Shown one piece after another: positions 53,971-63,818 of a stretch of DNA of 64,000 nucleotides. Each line of letters starts with the position of its first letter. Within the stretch, counting starts at the first letter, position 1. The notes beneath the pieces were generated by a model that made no database searches, had not been told where the DNA came from, and worked only from the letters and a program-made list of their open reading frames with translations. Made by a program: the position numbers and the translations under genes. This stretch comes from Thermoanaerobaculia bacterium (GTDB lineage: Bacteria; Acidobacteriota; Thermoanaerobaculia; Gp7-AA8). The stretch spans positions 8,997 through 72,996 of the forward strand of contig DASWMP010000322.1 in NCBI GenBank assembly GCA_036399695.1, in the 5' to 3' direction.

Positions 53971-55941
53971 CTACGAGACGAGAGCCGGCACGTCGGCGGG
54001 GGGGAGCTCGGCGGGTTGCGACGACTTGAGGTTGTCGAAGCGGAGGACCATGACCGTGCGGTCGTCGTCGGCGACGCGGCCGCCCGAGTGGCGGGCGATG
54101 GCGCGGAGGATCTCGTCGCGGATGTTCGAGGGGGCTCTGTCCGTCTGTGTGGCCAGCAGGGCTTCGAGCTGTTCGAAGCCGAACGGGTCGCCGGCGACGT
54201 CCTGCGCTTCGATGATGCCGTCCGACAGATAGACGATCGCGTCCCCTTCCTGCAGGTCCATCTCCACCGTGTGCGTCACCAGCTCGTGGCGGACGCCGAG
54301 GGGGAGGGAGGGGGATTCGATCGAGATCGGGTGTGGGGCGTCCTTGCGTAGGAGGTAGGGGAAGAGATGGCCCGCGTTCGTATGGCGGATCGTGCCGCGC
54401 TCCAGGTCGAAGATCGTGAAGGCCAGCGTCATGAAGGCGCGGCGTTCCGTCGAGCGGAACACCAGCTCGTTCAGGCGGCGGAAGAGCGAGGACTCTTCGG
54501 CCCCTTCCTCCACGAGCGTCGTGATCGCGGCTTTCACCATCGCCATCACCAGGCCCGTCGAGAGGCCGTGGCCCGAGACGTCGCCGATGGCGACGGCCAG
54601 GCGTGTCTTGTCGATGTTGAAGACGTCGTAGTAATCGCCGCCGATCGCGGCGGTCGGCTCGAAATGGGCGGAGAACGAGACTCCGCGGAACTGCGGGCCG
54701 TCTTTCGGCAGGAGATTGCGCTGGATCGAGGCGGCGATCTCGATCTCGCTCTGCATGCGCTCCTTTTCCGCGACCGTCGTGAGGAGCGAGGCGATCGATT
54801 CCGTCATCCGGTCGAACGACTGCGCCATCTCGCCGAGCTGGTTGTGCGGCTTCATCCGGATGCGGTAGGAGAAGTCCCCCCGCTCGACCGCTTTCGTGCC
54901 CTTGGCGATGCGGTTCACCGCGCGGGAGATCGAGAAGATCAGCACCACCGCGAAGGCCGTGGCCACGAAGTAGATCAGCATCAGCAGCGTCGCCAGGCCG
55001 GCGATGGCGGTGAAGACCGCGCGCATGATGCTCGAGCTGGTGGCGCCGCCGAAGTAGAACTGCAGCAGGTTCGACGTCGGGTTCGAGATGGCCGTCAGCA
55101 GGCGTTTTCCGGGGCGAGGAGCGCCGGAGGTCCAGTCGATCAGGCCTCCTTCTTCCGTGATCTCGAACCAGAGGACGCGTCCCCAGGCGAACGCGCGGGC
55201 GCTGAAGTCGTCGCCTCCTTCGCTGCCGGCGGTGAAGCTGTCCCGTTCGCGCGAGGCGATCTGCGGCCAGACCACCATGCCGCTGCGCTCTTCGAGCTCG
55301 GCCGCCCACTTTTTATCGATCGGCCGTGCCAGGACCACCGTGCGCGGCTCGCCGTCTTCCGACGGGTACTGCCGGGCCACGACGAAGAGCGGGTCCTGCG
55401 CGCCGCGAAGAGCCATGCCGCTGAAGTTCGTGTCGTGCAGCCACTTCGGGATCTGACCGCCGCTCGGCTCTTCGCTGTCGTAGATCTCGACCGAGTCGAT
55501 GCGCGGCCGGCGGCGCTGCAGCGCGTACTCCGAGTTGAGTGACTCGAGCTGCCCGATCGCGGCCTGGCGCTCCGCGCGGAAGTTGGCCTGCGTGGCCACG
55601 CCGGCCACGACGTAAAGGATCGCGGCCAGGAGGACGGCGAAGAGGAAGAAAGGGAAGACCCCGATCATGACGTAGCTCAGGAGGAGCCTTCGTCCGACCG
55701 TCCAGAAGAGCGCGCGCAGCAGCCAGCGGATCGCCAGCGCCACGCCGTACAGCGTCAGCCCGATGACGATGAGCCAGAGGAGGAAGGAGAAGAAGTCGAG
55801 GAACGGGAGGCTGAGGTCGAAGCGCTGGAAGAGCCGGTCCAGATAGCTGAGGATGATGATGCCGACGATCCCGGCCGCCCAGACGACGGGGGCCGCTGCA
55901 ATGCGCCGGGGACGCTTCTCCTGCTCCATCGTTCCGCTCAT
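53971..55941 (-). CDS. Membrane-anchored SpoIIE/PP2C-family serine phosphatase with a HAMP domain.
   Basis: N-terminal TM helices, HAMP, then a PPM fold (GDVSGHGLSTG...DGI). Confidence 0.85.
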   Translation of the reverse strand: MSGTMEQEKRPRRIAAAPVVWAAGIVGIIILSYLDRLFQRFDLSLPFLDFFSFLLWLIVIGLTLYGVALAIRWLLRALFWTVGRRLLLSYVMIGVFPFFLFAVLLAAILYVVAGVATQANFRAERQAAIGQLESLNSEYALQRRRPRIDSVEIYDSEEPSGGQIPKWLHDTNFSGMALRGAQDPLFVVARQYPSEDGEPRTVVLARPIDKKWAAELEERSGMVVWPQIASRERDSFTAGSEGGDDFSARAFAWGRVLWFEITEEGGLIDWTSGAPRPGKRLLTAISNPTSNLLQFYFGGATSSSIMRAVFTAIAGLATLLMLIYFVATAFAVVLIFSISRAVNRIAKGTKAVERGDFSYRIRMKPHNQLGEMAQSFDRMTESIASLLTTVAEKERMQSEIEIAASIQRNLLPKDGPQFRGVSFSAHFEPTAAIGGDYYDVFNIDKTRLAVAIGDVSGHGLSTGLVMAMVKAAITTLVEEGAEESSLFRRLNELVFRSTERRAFMTLAFTIFDLERGTIRHTNAGHLFPYLLRKDAPHPISIESPSLPLGVRHELVTHTVEMDLQEGDAIVYLSDGIIEAQDVAGDPFGFEQLEALLATQTDRAPSNIRDEILRAIARHSGGRVADDDRTVMVLRFDNLKSSQPAELPPADVPALVS

Positions 55942-55957
55942 GATGACATAGGCTCGA

Positions 55958-56015
55958 GGCTTGGGGATCGGGGCTTGGGGCTCAGGGCCCGGATGGGGGC
56001 CGGGGCCCGGGTCCC
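55958..56015. repeat. R9 G-tract element with at least five G3-5 runs on the + strand.
   Basis: ggggatcggggcttggggctcagggcccggatgggggccggggcccggg. Confidence 0.6.
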
Positions 56016-56121
56016 CGGGAACCTGACCGCTGGCCCTGCGCCCCGGGCGCCGATCCCCGGGCCCTCCTGTGAACTACGTCACAGAACGGTCCCGGGTTGC
56101 GGGCGGCGTAAGATCGCGTCG

Positions 56122-56904
56122 ATGCTCGAGTACCGTCCGCGTCCGTCGTACGTCCGTCTGGCGCTCGTCAGTTTCTCGCAATTCGTGATCGCCACCTGGC
56201 TCGTGGCGCTGGTCATCGGGACGATCGACTCGATCCTGGTGCGCGCGTACGACGGCGGGACAGTGCTGTACGCCGCGCCGTGGGACACGCTGCATCGGGA
56301 GGACGCCGGCATCGCCGCCTGGGTGGCGTACGCCTTCTGCGCGTTTGCGCTCGTGCTGCTCTTATTGTGGTCGAGCGGCCGCACGCTCCGCGGACGCCAC
56401 TTCCATTTCGTGCTGGCACACAGCGTGGCCGTCTTCGGCGCGATCCGCTTCGGCCTCCGCGGCGATCTCGGCGACGACCTCCCGCTCCTCGGCGCGCTCG
56501 GCCTGGCGGTAATCGTGGTGATCCTCGCCGAGTCCCGCTCCCTGGCCCTGCTCGGTAACGTCTACGACCTCGGCTTCGGCGGACGCCTGGCCCTCTGGGC
56601 CGTGCGGATGCTCCCGGTAGGCGCCCTCTTCGCCTGGTTCCACCCCGTGCTCATGGCCGTGCTCCTGGGTGTCACCCTGCTCATGGACCTCCTCCCGGCG
56701 CGCACCCGCTTCGAGCAGGTCACGGAGCCGGAGATGCCGGGGAACACGACGATTTTCGTCGCCGCGGCTCTCATCCTGACGCTTTCAGTGGCGGCATTCG
56801 GCTTCATGGAGGCCCAGGCCGTGGTGGTGCAGGACGGTAAGGCATCACGAGTCCCGGTGGATTTTCTGCGGGAGCGGTTCATCCAGGGAGCGGGGCGCCG
56901 ATAG
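56122..56904 (+). CDS. Hypothetical polytopic membrane protein.
   Basis: 260 aa with 6-7 hydrophobic helices and GC3 bias. Confidence 0.5.
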   Translation: MLEYRPRPSYVRLALVSFSQFVIATWLVALVIGTIDSILVRAYDGGTVLYAAPWDTLHREDAGIAAWVAYAFCAFALVLLLLWSSGRTLRGRHFHFVLAHSVAVFGAIRFGLRGDLGDDLPLLGALGLAVIVVILAESRSLALLGNVYDLGFGGRLALWAVRMLPVGALFAWFHPVLMAVLLGVTLLMDLLPARTRFEQVTEPEMPGNTTIFVAAALILTLSVAAFGFMEAQAVVVQDGKASRVPVDFLRERFIQGAGRR

Positions 56905-56945
56905 GACCCATGGGACGAATGGGACCTATGGGACCTATGGGACTA
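56901..56945. repeat. R6 tandem 9-mer repeat.
   Basis: gataggacccatgggacgaatgggacctatgggacctatgggac. Confidence 0.8.
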
Positions 56946-56967
56946 CGCGGCGCCGGTGAGTTGGGCG

Positions 56968-57702
56968 TCAGCGTTTCTTCTTCTTGCGCTGAGGATCGCG
57001 GGATGCTTCCGCTGCCCTCTCTTCGAGAGCCTCGGCTTCGGTGAGGCGGCCCGGCGTGTTCCGGATGAGGGTTGCGGTGGTTGACAGTACCCACCCGAGC
57101 GTCTCGCACGGCCGTCTGTCGCCACACGCCTTGGCCGCAATCGCGGCTGCCTCGCGGTAGCGTTTTTCAGCTAACGCGTCGCTGCCGACAGCTTGGTCGA
57201 CGCTGCCGAGATAGAACACTCCGATGGCTGCCTCCTCGGAGAACTCCCCGTAGGATCTTCTGCGAATGGTAAGACCGCGCTCGAACATGGCGCGTCCCTC
57301 CGCGCGAGTCTCGCCGTGAGCAGCGTATTCGCTGGCCAGGTGGTCGAGTAATTGGAGAATGGCTGGGCTGTCCAGACCTTCTGAGCGCTCGAGCCTTTCG
57401 AGACCTTCCCGGAGGATCGTTGCACGATTCTCCCGACGGTCGTGCGGTTGATCGTTCGCCCAGAGGATATAGCTGCGCGATACCAGCTCTGCCGGAACAC
57501 CATCGCCGCGGCAGACTTCGAACGCGGAACGGATGTTCTGCTTCAACTCGGGAGCTCTCGTCGAATCATCCTGGACGAGGATGAGCAGCTTCTTCCCTTC
57601 ATCGATCAGCCGGGAGCACTTCTTTGCGGCCGGCTCCTCAGCATGCAGCGTCATGAGCGGTGCCGCTACGAGAATGACGGCGAGGATGAATGTGGGTCTC
57701 AT
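56968..57702 (-). CDS. Hypothetical secreted protein (TPR-like helical repeats).
   Basis: Signal peptide (LVAAPLMTLHA). It lies downstream of, and is co-oriented with, the HExxH gene. Confidence 0.55.
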   Translation of the reverse strand: MRPTFILAVILVAAPLMTLHAEEPAAKKCSRLIDEGKKLLILVQDDSTRAPELKQNIRSAFEVCRGDGVPAELVSRSYILWANDQPHDRRENRATILREGLERLERSEGLDSPAILQLLDHLASEYAAHGETRAEGRAMFERGLTIRRRSYGEFSEEAAIGVFYLGSVDQAVGSDALAEKRYREAAAIAAKACGDRRPCETLGWVLSTTATLIRNTPGRLTEAEALEERAAEASRDPQRKKKKR

Positions 57703-57711
57703 GCGCGTCTC

Positions 57712-58416
57712 CTAGTATCCATTCAAACCGCAGGCTCGGTTGACTACGTTCGTGATATTGGCGGAGCTGGGTGGGTCTCCCGCCCCCACGGTCGTGTTCG
57801 TGTCTTCCTTCTGCCCCGCCACGTGCATGGCTTCATGGATGAGCGTCGCGGTTTGCTGCTCGCTCGTGAGGTTCGTGAACTGTGGACAGATGAAGACATA
57901 CGGCGAGTGGCTGCAGCACCGCGTCCACGCCGCGACATTACCTGCGCAGGGTATGTTCTGAGCGGCATCGCGCACTCCGTCTCCTGACCGGAACACGATG
58001 TAGGACGTGAGCAGTCCGTGGCCTGATTTGCCGAGCTTCGAGCCGTCGAAGAGGTTCGTACACTCATTGTCTGTGTAGCGATGCAGTTCCGTGTCGTACT
58101 CGCCGAGCAGCAAGTTCTTGGCCGCGGTGGTCGCGCGACCGACGGCTGCGCCATTCGCCACGTCCAGTGCATTGCCGGGCGCCGGACTCGTGGGTCCCAT
58201 CTGCGGCGTACCCGTCCCGCCCCACGTCGGCGGCATCGTGCCGGTCGTCGGGGTGCCGGAGGGAGCCTGACCGGTAGGGCAGCGTATTTCCACCGTGGCG
58301 CTCGCGCCTGAGATCCAGGTGATGCAGGTGCATTGGTTCGAGTCGCCGCAGAGGGTGATCGATGCGGCGCCTGCCGGGGACGCGATGAGGAGCATGAGGA
58401 GGACGAATCGTTTCAC
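57712..58416 (-). CDS. Secreted cysteine-rich protein with an HExxH zinc-metalloprotease motif.
   Basis: Signal peptide, HEAMH motif, at least 12 Cys residues, and a G/T/P-rich linker. Confidence 0.6.
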   Translation of the reverse strand: MKRFVLLMLLIASPAGAASITLCGDSNQCTCITWISGASATVEIRCPTGQAPSGTPTTGTMPPTWGGTGTPQMGPTSPAPGNALDVANGAAVGRATTAAKNLLLGEYDTELHRYTDNECTNLFDGSKLGKSGHGLLTSYIVFRSGDGVRDAAQNIPCAGNVAAWTRCCSHSPYVFICPQFTNLTSEQQTATLIHEAMHVAGQKEDTNTTVGAGDPPSSANITNVVNRACGLNGY

Positions 58417-58609
58417 CGTTCCCTCCGGATTCTTTACGGATGAAAGACTCTATTGGTGCGATGTGGCTCGCGTCAACGGCGGCCGCCAGAATATTTTCGT
58501 AGGGGAATGCCTTTCCGTGACGCCTGCCGTTCTCGTCCACGGCGGGCGTGACAGCGCTGGTCTACGCGTTCATAATGGAGACAGAATTCGTCCTCCCAGG
58601 GTCCCGATC

Positions 58610-59023
58610 ATGAAAAGTCGTTTGGTTTTGTCGTCCGCGGTTTCTCTTGCTGTGCTTGCGCTCTCGGCCGTTCCGGCGGACGCGGCGGTTTGTGTGAACA
58701 AGTTCCTGCGCCGGGCTGAAGGGACGCGTCAGGTCGTGACGTTGCTCTCCGGGAAGCTGACGTTTCAGGAAGCGACCGCGTTGAGCCAGCAGATCTCGGC
58801 CCGTACGGCGCCGCCCATCGAATGGGTGGACGACAAGGGGAAGACCATCGCCCGTCAGTTCGGCGAGCTGAAGGTCGTGCGGCCGATGCCGGTCGGATGC
58901 GACGGGAAGACGTCGGGCGTGGTGGCCACGGTGGTGTTTGCCACCGGTGCGACGCCGTCGAAGAAGATGCACATCAAGCTCGACGCGAACACGACCGTCG
59001 TCTTCGACGAGCAGACCGACTAG
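58610..59023 (+). CDS. Hypothetical secreted protein, 137 aa.
   Basis: Signal peptide (AVLALSAVPADA). Confidence 0.5.
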   Translation: MKSRLVLSSAVSLAVLALSAVPADAAVCVNKFLRRAEGTRQVVTLLSGKLTFQEATALSQQISARTAPPIEWVDDKGKTIARQFGELKVVRPMPVGCDGKTSGVVATVVFATGATPSKKMHIKLDANTTVVFDEQTD

Positions 59024-59032
59024 CTGTCGTCT

Positions 59033-59791
59033 TCACCGCCCCTGCCACTCGGGCTTCCGTTTCTCGATGAACGCGTTCAATCCCTCGGACGCGTCGCTGG
59101 TCTGCATCAACTCCTCGAGGTAGAGCCGCTCGACGTCGGCGAGCCGTTGCTCGAAGTCCGCGCTCTGCGCGATGCGGAACGCCTTCTTCGCGAAGCGGAT
59201 CGTGGAGGCGCTCTGCTTCGTGATGCGCTGGAGCCATTCGGCGGCTCGTGCGTCGAACTCGGCCGCGGGGAAGACGGCGTTGACGAGGCCGAGACGCTCG
59301 GCGGTGGCGGCGTCGATGGGCTCGCCGGTGAGCAGGAGCTCGAGACCGCGTCGCGGCGCGAGCTGCCGTGAGAGCTGGTAGGCGGCGACGGGCGGGAAGA
59401 CGCCGAGGTTGATCTCCGGCTGGCCGAAGCGGGCGCGGTCGGAGGCGAGGATGAAATCGCAGGCGAGCGCCAGCTCGCAGCCGCCGCCGAGGGCTGCGCC
59501 GCGCACGAGAGCGACGGTCACGAGATCGAGCTTCGCGAGCGCGCGGAAGCAGTCGTGGAAGACGGAGAGCATCGTCACGACGCGGTCCCCGAGGTGATCC
59601 TGCACGCTCGCGCCGGCGGAGAAGGCCTTTTCGCCGGAGGCGTCGATGATCAGGAGGTGACGGTCGTTCTCGATCGTGGCGATGGCGTCGCGCAGCTCGG
59701 TGAGCATCTGGAGATCCAGGATGTGCAGCGGCGGATCGCTGAGGGTGAGGCGGTACGCGTGCGGCTCGGTCCTGAGGTCGATCTTGGGCAT
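59033..59791 (-). CDS. Enoyl-CoA hydratase/isomerase (crotonase) family protein.
   Basis: Crotonase fold with an oxyanion-hole region (FSAGASV...GGGCELALACD). Confidence 0.9.
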   Translation of the reverse strand: MPKIDLRTEPHAYRLTLSDPPLHILDLQMLTELRDAIATIENDRHLLIIDASGEKAFSAGASVQDHLGDRVVTMLSVFHDCFRALAKLDLVTVALVRGAALGGGCELALACDFILASDRARFGQPEINLGVFPPVAAYQLSRQLAPRRGLELLLTGEPIDAATAERLGLVNAVFPAAEFDARAAEWLQRITKQSASTIRFAKKAFRIAQSADFEQRLADVERLYLEELMQTSDASEGLNAFIEKRKPEWQGR

Positions 59792-59805
59792 GACGGCGGA
59801 TTGTA

Positions 59806-59850
59806 TGGCGTTCGGGGCTCGGGGCCCTGAGCCCGGAGCCCGGAGGGGGT
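59806..59850. repeat. R9 G-tract element.
   Basis: ggggctcggggccctgagcccggagcccggaggggg. Confidence 0.55.
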
Positions 59851-59885
59851 CAGGTGCTGGGTCCGATGGGCTTCGTTCCCTGTGC

Positions 59886-62594
59886 CTACCGTGTCGTGCG
59901 CCTCCGCGCGGGCGGCTGTGCCGCGGTGCTGGCCCAGATCTCCAGCGAGTGGTCCGTCAGCACGAGCACCCGGCCCGGTTGCACCACCATCGCGCGCACG
60001 GCGGCCGGCACTTCGAGCTCGGAGCGGTTGCTCCATTCGGGGAGTGACGGCGTGTAGGTGGCGGGGTTGAAGCCGCGGCCGGTGATGATGGCGCAGTCAC
60101 CGTCGAGACGGACCCGCTGGGTGGGGTCGGGGGTCGGGATCGCGGTGAACATCGAGCCGACGGGTTGGAGCTGTTCGTTGAAGACGGCGAGCTCCTGCCC
60201 GAGGATGTAGACGGTGCCGTTGCGGAAGGCGATGGAGTTGGCCGTCGTCGGGCGCGTGGCGGTCGCGGCTGGATGCAGCGGGTCGGCGATGTTGAGCACG
60301 CGTGCTTCGGCCGGCTGGTCGAAGAGGGCGTAGGCGCGGCTACCGCTGGTCACGACGTCGATCACGCCGCCGGTGAGCGTAGCGGTCGTGGCGAGGGTGC
60401 GGGGATCGAGGACCAACGTCTTCTTCTCGCAGCCGGCGGAGAGGCAACCGCGGGAGATCGAGACCCAGACGGCGTTGCCGGCGGTGTGGATGGCGAGGGG
60501 CTGGGTGTCGGGGCCATCGTTGATCGTCGTCTCGCCCAGGGCGTAGCCGTCGCGGGAGTAGGCCACGACGCGGCCGTTGCCCGAGAGGGTGAAGAGCCGG
60601 TCGCTGCCGGCGGCCAGATCGACGAACCCGGTGGCGCTGCGAATGGAGTTGATGAGCTGCGGCGTGTCCAGCGTCAGGTCGAAGACGTCGATGCCGCGAT
60701 TGTCGAAGAGATAGGCGCGATTCCCGTTCGCCGCGAGCTTCCGATAGTACGCGTTGCCGTTGATCGAGGCGGTGACGGTCGGCGGCTGCGTCGCCGAATC
60801 GAGCAGCGCGGAGGTCACGCCTTCGGTCGTCCCGATTACCGCGAGCTTGTTGTCAGGTGTCGCGGCGACGAAGCTCCCCTCGGCCACCGGCAGCTCGCGG
60901 ACGACGCGCTGCGTGGCCACGTCCCAGATCAGCAGCGAGCGGTCCGTGACTTCGAGCACGCGCCGCCCGGCGATAGCCAGCTTGCGTGCGAGGACGGCAT
61001 TCGACTGCGGAAAGACCGTCACGGTGTTGGCCGCGAAATCGACGAAGTTGATGCCGCGGAAGGTGAAGACGGCGGCGGTGCCATCGCCCGCGGCGATGCC
61101 GTTCGTCGGCACGCCGTCGATGGTCAGCTCGCCGGTCGGTCTCGTGAACTCCGCCACACCACCGAACTCGCGCAGGATCGTTTTTCCGTCCGGCGTCTCT
61201 TCGGCGAGCGTGATGAGCGTGCCGAAGCGCGCCATCTCGTCCGCCGGCGGCACGTTGATCTTCACGGGGGCCGGGGCTTGCGCGGAAAGGCTCGCGGACC
61301 AGAGCGTGCGGTCGGCGAGGAGCGCGTACGCGGTCGTCCCGACGATCGCCGCTGCCTGGATGGCATCGGGGAAGGTGGCGCTCCAGATGGCCGTGGGGGT
61401 CGTGGAGACGAGTGTCCAGTGGGTGAGCGTGTTGCCGGACGACGTGAGCAGGAAGCCGGTGATGGTGTCGCGGACGGTGTGCGTGCCGTTCGGCGTCCAG
61501 TCGCGGGTGAAGCCGAGCGCGCCGCTGGAGTTGATCGAGAGCTCGGTGATGGTGCCGGAGGAGCTCGTGACGTAGGTGTGCGTCTGCAGCGTGACGACGC
61601 TGCCTGCGCTGCCGATTGCGTAACCGTGCAGCGGGTAAGGCTGCGTGAAGCGGCTGACGTCGTAGGTGAGCAGGCCCGCATCGCCGGCGGCGACGTAGAG
61701 GCGGCCGGCGGCGAGCTGCATCGCCAGGACGCGGTTCAGCGTGCCGCCGCTCGGAATCAGCTCCGCTTCGAACAGCTCCACCGGGTTGCCGGGGAGCGTG
61801 AGGTCGACGGCCTGAAAGCGGCGGTCGGTGCCGGCGACGAAGTGCACGTCCCCGCCGAGGGAGGCGAAGGCGGTGGAGCCGAGAGGGACGGTGCCGGCTT
61901 TGGTGGAGGCGTTGAAGAAGATGTCGGTGGACTGGCCGTCGGAGACGTAGAGGCGGCCGTTGGCGGCGGCGACGGCGCTCGGGCGCGCCAGCGAGGCGAT
62001 GGTGCCGGTCTTCTGCGGGAGCGCGGGGCTGCTGACGTTGAAGACCTCGACCGAGGCGTCGCCGTCAGCGGTGTAGAGGGTGATGCCGTCGAGGGCGAAG
62101 GCGGTGACGTCGGCGCGGCTGGTGGCGAGCGTGACGTTCGTTCGCGTGGCGCTCACCGGCGAGAAGATGGCGAAGTGGGCGATGCCGTTCGACGTGGCGG
62201 CGAAGAGGTAGTTGTCGAGGATGAGCAGGTCGTTGACGGTGCCGCCGGCGTCGAAGCCGCCGAGCCGCTCCAGGGCCCGGCCGTTGTAGCGGACGATGCT
62301 GATCGTCGAGCCGCTCCCGATGTAGGCGATGCCCCCGCGGACGCGGATCACGCGGGTGGAGCCGGGGATGGCGATGCTGTCGATGAGGGCCGGCGGGTCG
62401 ACGGTGCGGTCGTAGAGATTGACGCCGTAGTTGGTCGCCGTCCAGAGGTCTGCCTCGACCAGAAGGTCGTAGACGGTGGAGCGGAACTGGACAGACGCCT
62501 TCGGGGACCAGGTGCAGGCCGCCTTGGCCGTCGAGACGAGAGAGAGGAGAAGGAGAAGGGAGACCGCTGTCACACGCCCGCGCATGGGGAGCAT
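59886..62594 (-). CDS. Large secreted beta-propeller repeat protein (LVIVD-like repeats).
   Basis: Signal peptide, then many repeats of the GRLYVxD / AYALxD type. Start taken at 62594. Confidence 0.7.
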   Translation of the reverse strand: MLPMRGRVTAVSLLLLLSLVSTAKAACTWSPKASVQFRSTVYDLLVEADLWTATNYGVNLYDRTVDPPALIDSIAIPGSTRVIRVRGGIAYIGSGSTISIVRYNGRALERLGGFDAGGTVNDLLILDNYLFAATSNGIAHFAIFSPVSATRTNVTLATSRADVTAFALDGITLYTADGDASVEVFNVSSPALPQKTGTIASLARPSAVAAANGRLYVSDGQSTDIFFNASTKAGTVPLGSTAFASLGGDVHFVAGTDRRFQAVDLTLPGNPVELFEAELIPSGGTLNRVLAMQLAAGRLYVAAGDAGLLTYDVSRFTQPYPLHGYAIGSAGSVVTLQTHTYVTSSSGTITELSINSSGALGFTRDWTPNGTHTVRDTITGFLLTSSGNTLTHWTLVSTTPTAIWSATFPDAIQAAAIVGTTAYALLADRTLWSASLSAQAPAPVKINVPPADEMARFGTLITLAEETPDGKTILREFGGVAEFTRPTGELTIDGVPTNGIAAGDGTAAVFTFRGINFVDFAANTVTVFPQSNAVLARKLAIAGRRVLEVTDRSLLIWDVATQRVVRELPVAEGSFVAATPDNKLAVIGTTEGVTSALLDSATQPPTVTASINGNAYYRKLAANGNRAYLFDNRGIDVFDLTLDTPQLINSIRSATGFVDLAAGSDRLFTLSGNGRVVAYSRDGYALGETTINDGPDTQPLAIHTAGNAVWVSISRGCLSAGCEKKTLVLDPRTLATTATLTGGVIDVVTSGSRAYALFDQPAEARVLNIADPLHPAATATRPTTANSIAFRNGTVYILGQELAVFNEQLQPVGSMFTAIPTPDPTQRVRLDGDCAIITGRGFNPATYTPSLPEWSNRSELEVPAAVRAMVVQPGRVLVLTDHSLEIWASTAAQPPARRRTTR

Positions 62595-62636
62595 TTTAGA
62601 TGATGAGGGAAGGGGCGGTGGCGTAGGGGTGATCAG

Positions 62637-62721
62637 ACCCGAATGCAGAACGCAGAACGCAGAACGACGAATGAATGACCGGTCTCCTTTCTCCATTTTG
62701 CGTTCTGCGTTGTGCATTCGG
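62637..62721. repeat. R5 palindromic element.
   Basis: cccgaatgcagaacgcagaacgcagaacg ... cgttctgcgttgtgcattcggg. Confidence 0.8.
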
Positions 62722-62744
62722 GTACGAGGTGCCGGGTAGATCGT

Positions 62745-63776
62745 TCACTCTCTAACGACACTCATTAACACTGCCAGCGCCTTCCTCACGTAACTCGGAT
62801 GCGGCACATCTCCGAGCCGCGCCACATCCACCCACGCGTACTCGCCATCTCCATCGCGAATGACTTTAGCAATGGTGGCCGCGTAGACCTCGAACTCGAT
62901 CTTCCGCGTGGTCACGGCGTGCTTGAACGTGCCGAGGAGCTCCTTCGAGAGCACGCGCAACGGGCGGCCGGAGAGCAGGGACGTATCGCCGTGGGGCAGG
63001 TGGAACATCGACGTCATCAGCGGGCCGGATTCGCGGCGGAGCAGCACGCGGCCGGTGGCGTCGCGGATGACGTAGAGGGGGATGCGCAGGCTGCGCGTCT
63101 CCTGCTTTTCTTTTTTCACGGGGAGCTCGTCGATGCGGCGGGTGGCGCGGGCGACGCAGACGTCGTTCACGGGGCACATGGGGCAGAGGGGATTGCGCGG
63201 CTTGCAGATCAGCGCGCCGGTTTCCATCAGCCCCTGGTTGAAGTTGCGCGGTTCGTTGGAGGCCTGCACGAGGGCGTCGGCGTGCGTCCAGAACCGCGGC
63301 GAGCCGACGGGGGCGTCGACGCCGAAGAGGCGGGCCACGATGCGCGTGACGTTGCCGTCGACGATCGGCGCTTTGGTCCCATAGGCGATGGAGGCGACGG
63401 CGCCGGCGGTGTAGCGGCCGATGCCGGGTATGGTCAGCAGCTCCTCGACGGTCGAGGGAACGCGTCCGCCGAAGCGTTGCTGGACGTCGATCGCTCCCTC
63501 GCGGAGCATGCGTGCGCGGCGGTAGTAGCCGAGGCCGGACCAGGCGGAGGTGACGTCGTCTTCGGAAGCGGCGGCGAGGGCGGTGAGAGTGGGGAAGCGC
63601 TCGATGAAGCGCCCGAAGTAGCCGAGCACGACCTCGAGCCTGGTCTGCTGGGCCATGACCTCGGAGACCCAGACGTGGTACGGATCGTACGTGTTGCGCC
63701 AGGGGAGGGAACGCTGGTGGCGAGCGAACCACGATTCGATGTTGCGGGCAATGGAACTGAGGTCGGGAGCTGGCAA
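62745..63776 (-). CDS. mutY: A/G-specific adenine DNA glycosylase.
   Basis: HhH-GPD domain, a 4Fe-4S motif (C-x6-C-x2-C-x5-C: CKPRNPLCPMCPVNDVC) and a NUDIX-like C-terminal domain. The TTG start is approximate. Confidence 0.88.
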   Translation of the reverse strand: MPAPDLSSIARNIESWFARHQRSLPWRNTYDPYHVWVSEVMAQQTRLEVVLGYFGRFIERFPTLTALAAASEDDVTSAWSGLGYYRRARMLREGAIDVQQRFGGRVPSTVEELLTIPGIGRYTAGAVASIAYGTKAPIVDGNVTRIVARLFGVDAPVGSPRFWTHADALVQASNEPRNFNQGLMETGALICKPRNPLCPMCPVNDVCVARATRRIDELPVKKEKQETRSLRIPLYVIRDATGRVLLRRESGPLMTSMFHLPHGDTSLLSGRPLRVLSKELLGTFKHAVTTRKIEFEVYAATIAKVIRDGDGEYAWVDVARLGDVPHPSYVRKALAVLMSVVRE

Positions 63777-63818
63777 CCAGCTTGTATTGTATGCTTTCGG
63801 GTCAGTCGAGGAGCCGAT

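Noticed and set aside
53783-55309. 508-aa minus-strand ORF in an alternate frame of the SpoIIE phosphatase gene.
   Set aside because: Arg/Pro/Gly-rich low-complexity. The 656-aa frame has HAMP and PP2C motifs.
60165-62603. 812-aa + strand ORF.
   Set aside because: It is a shadow ORF antisense to the beta-propeller gene, with a low-complexity D/G/E/R/A-rich translation typical of GC-rich alternate frames.
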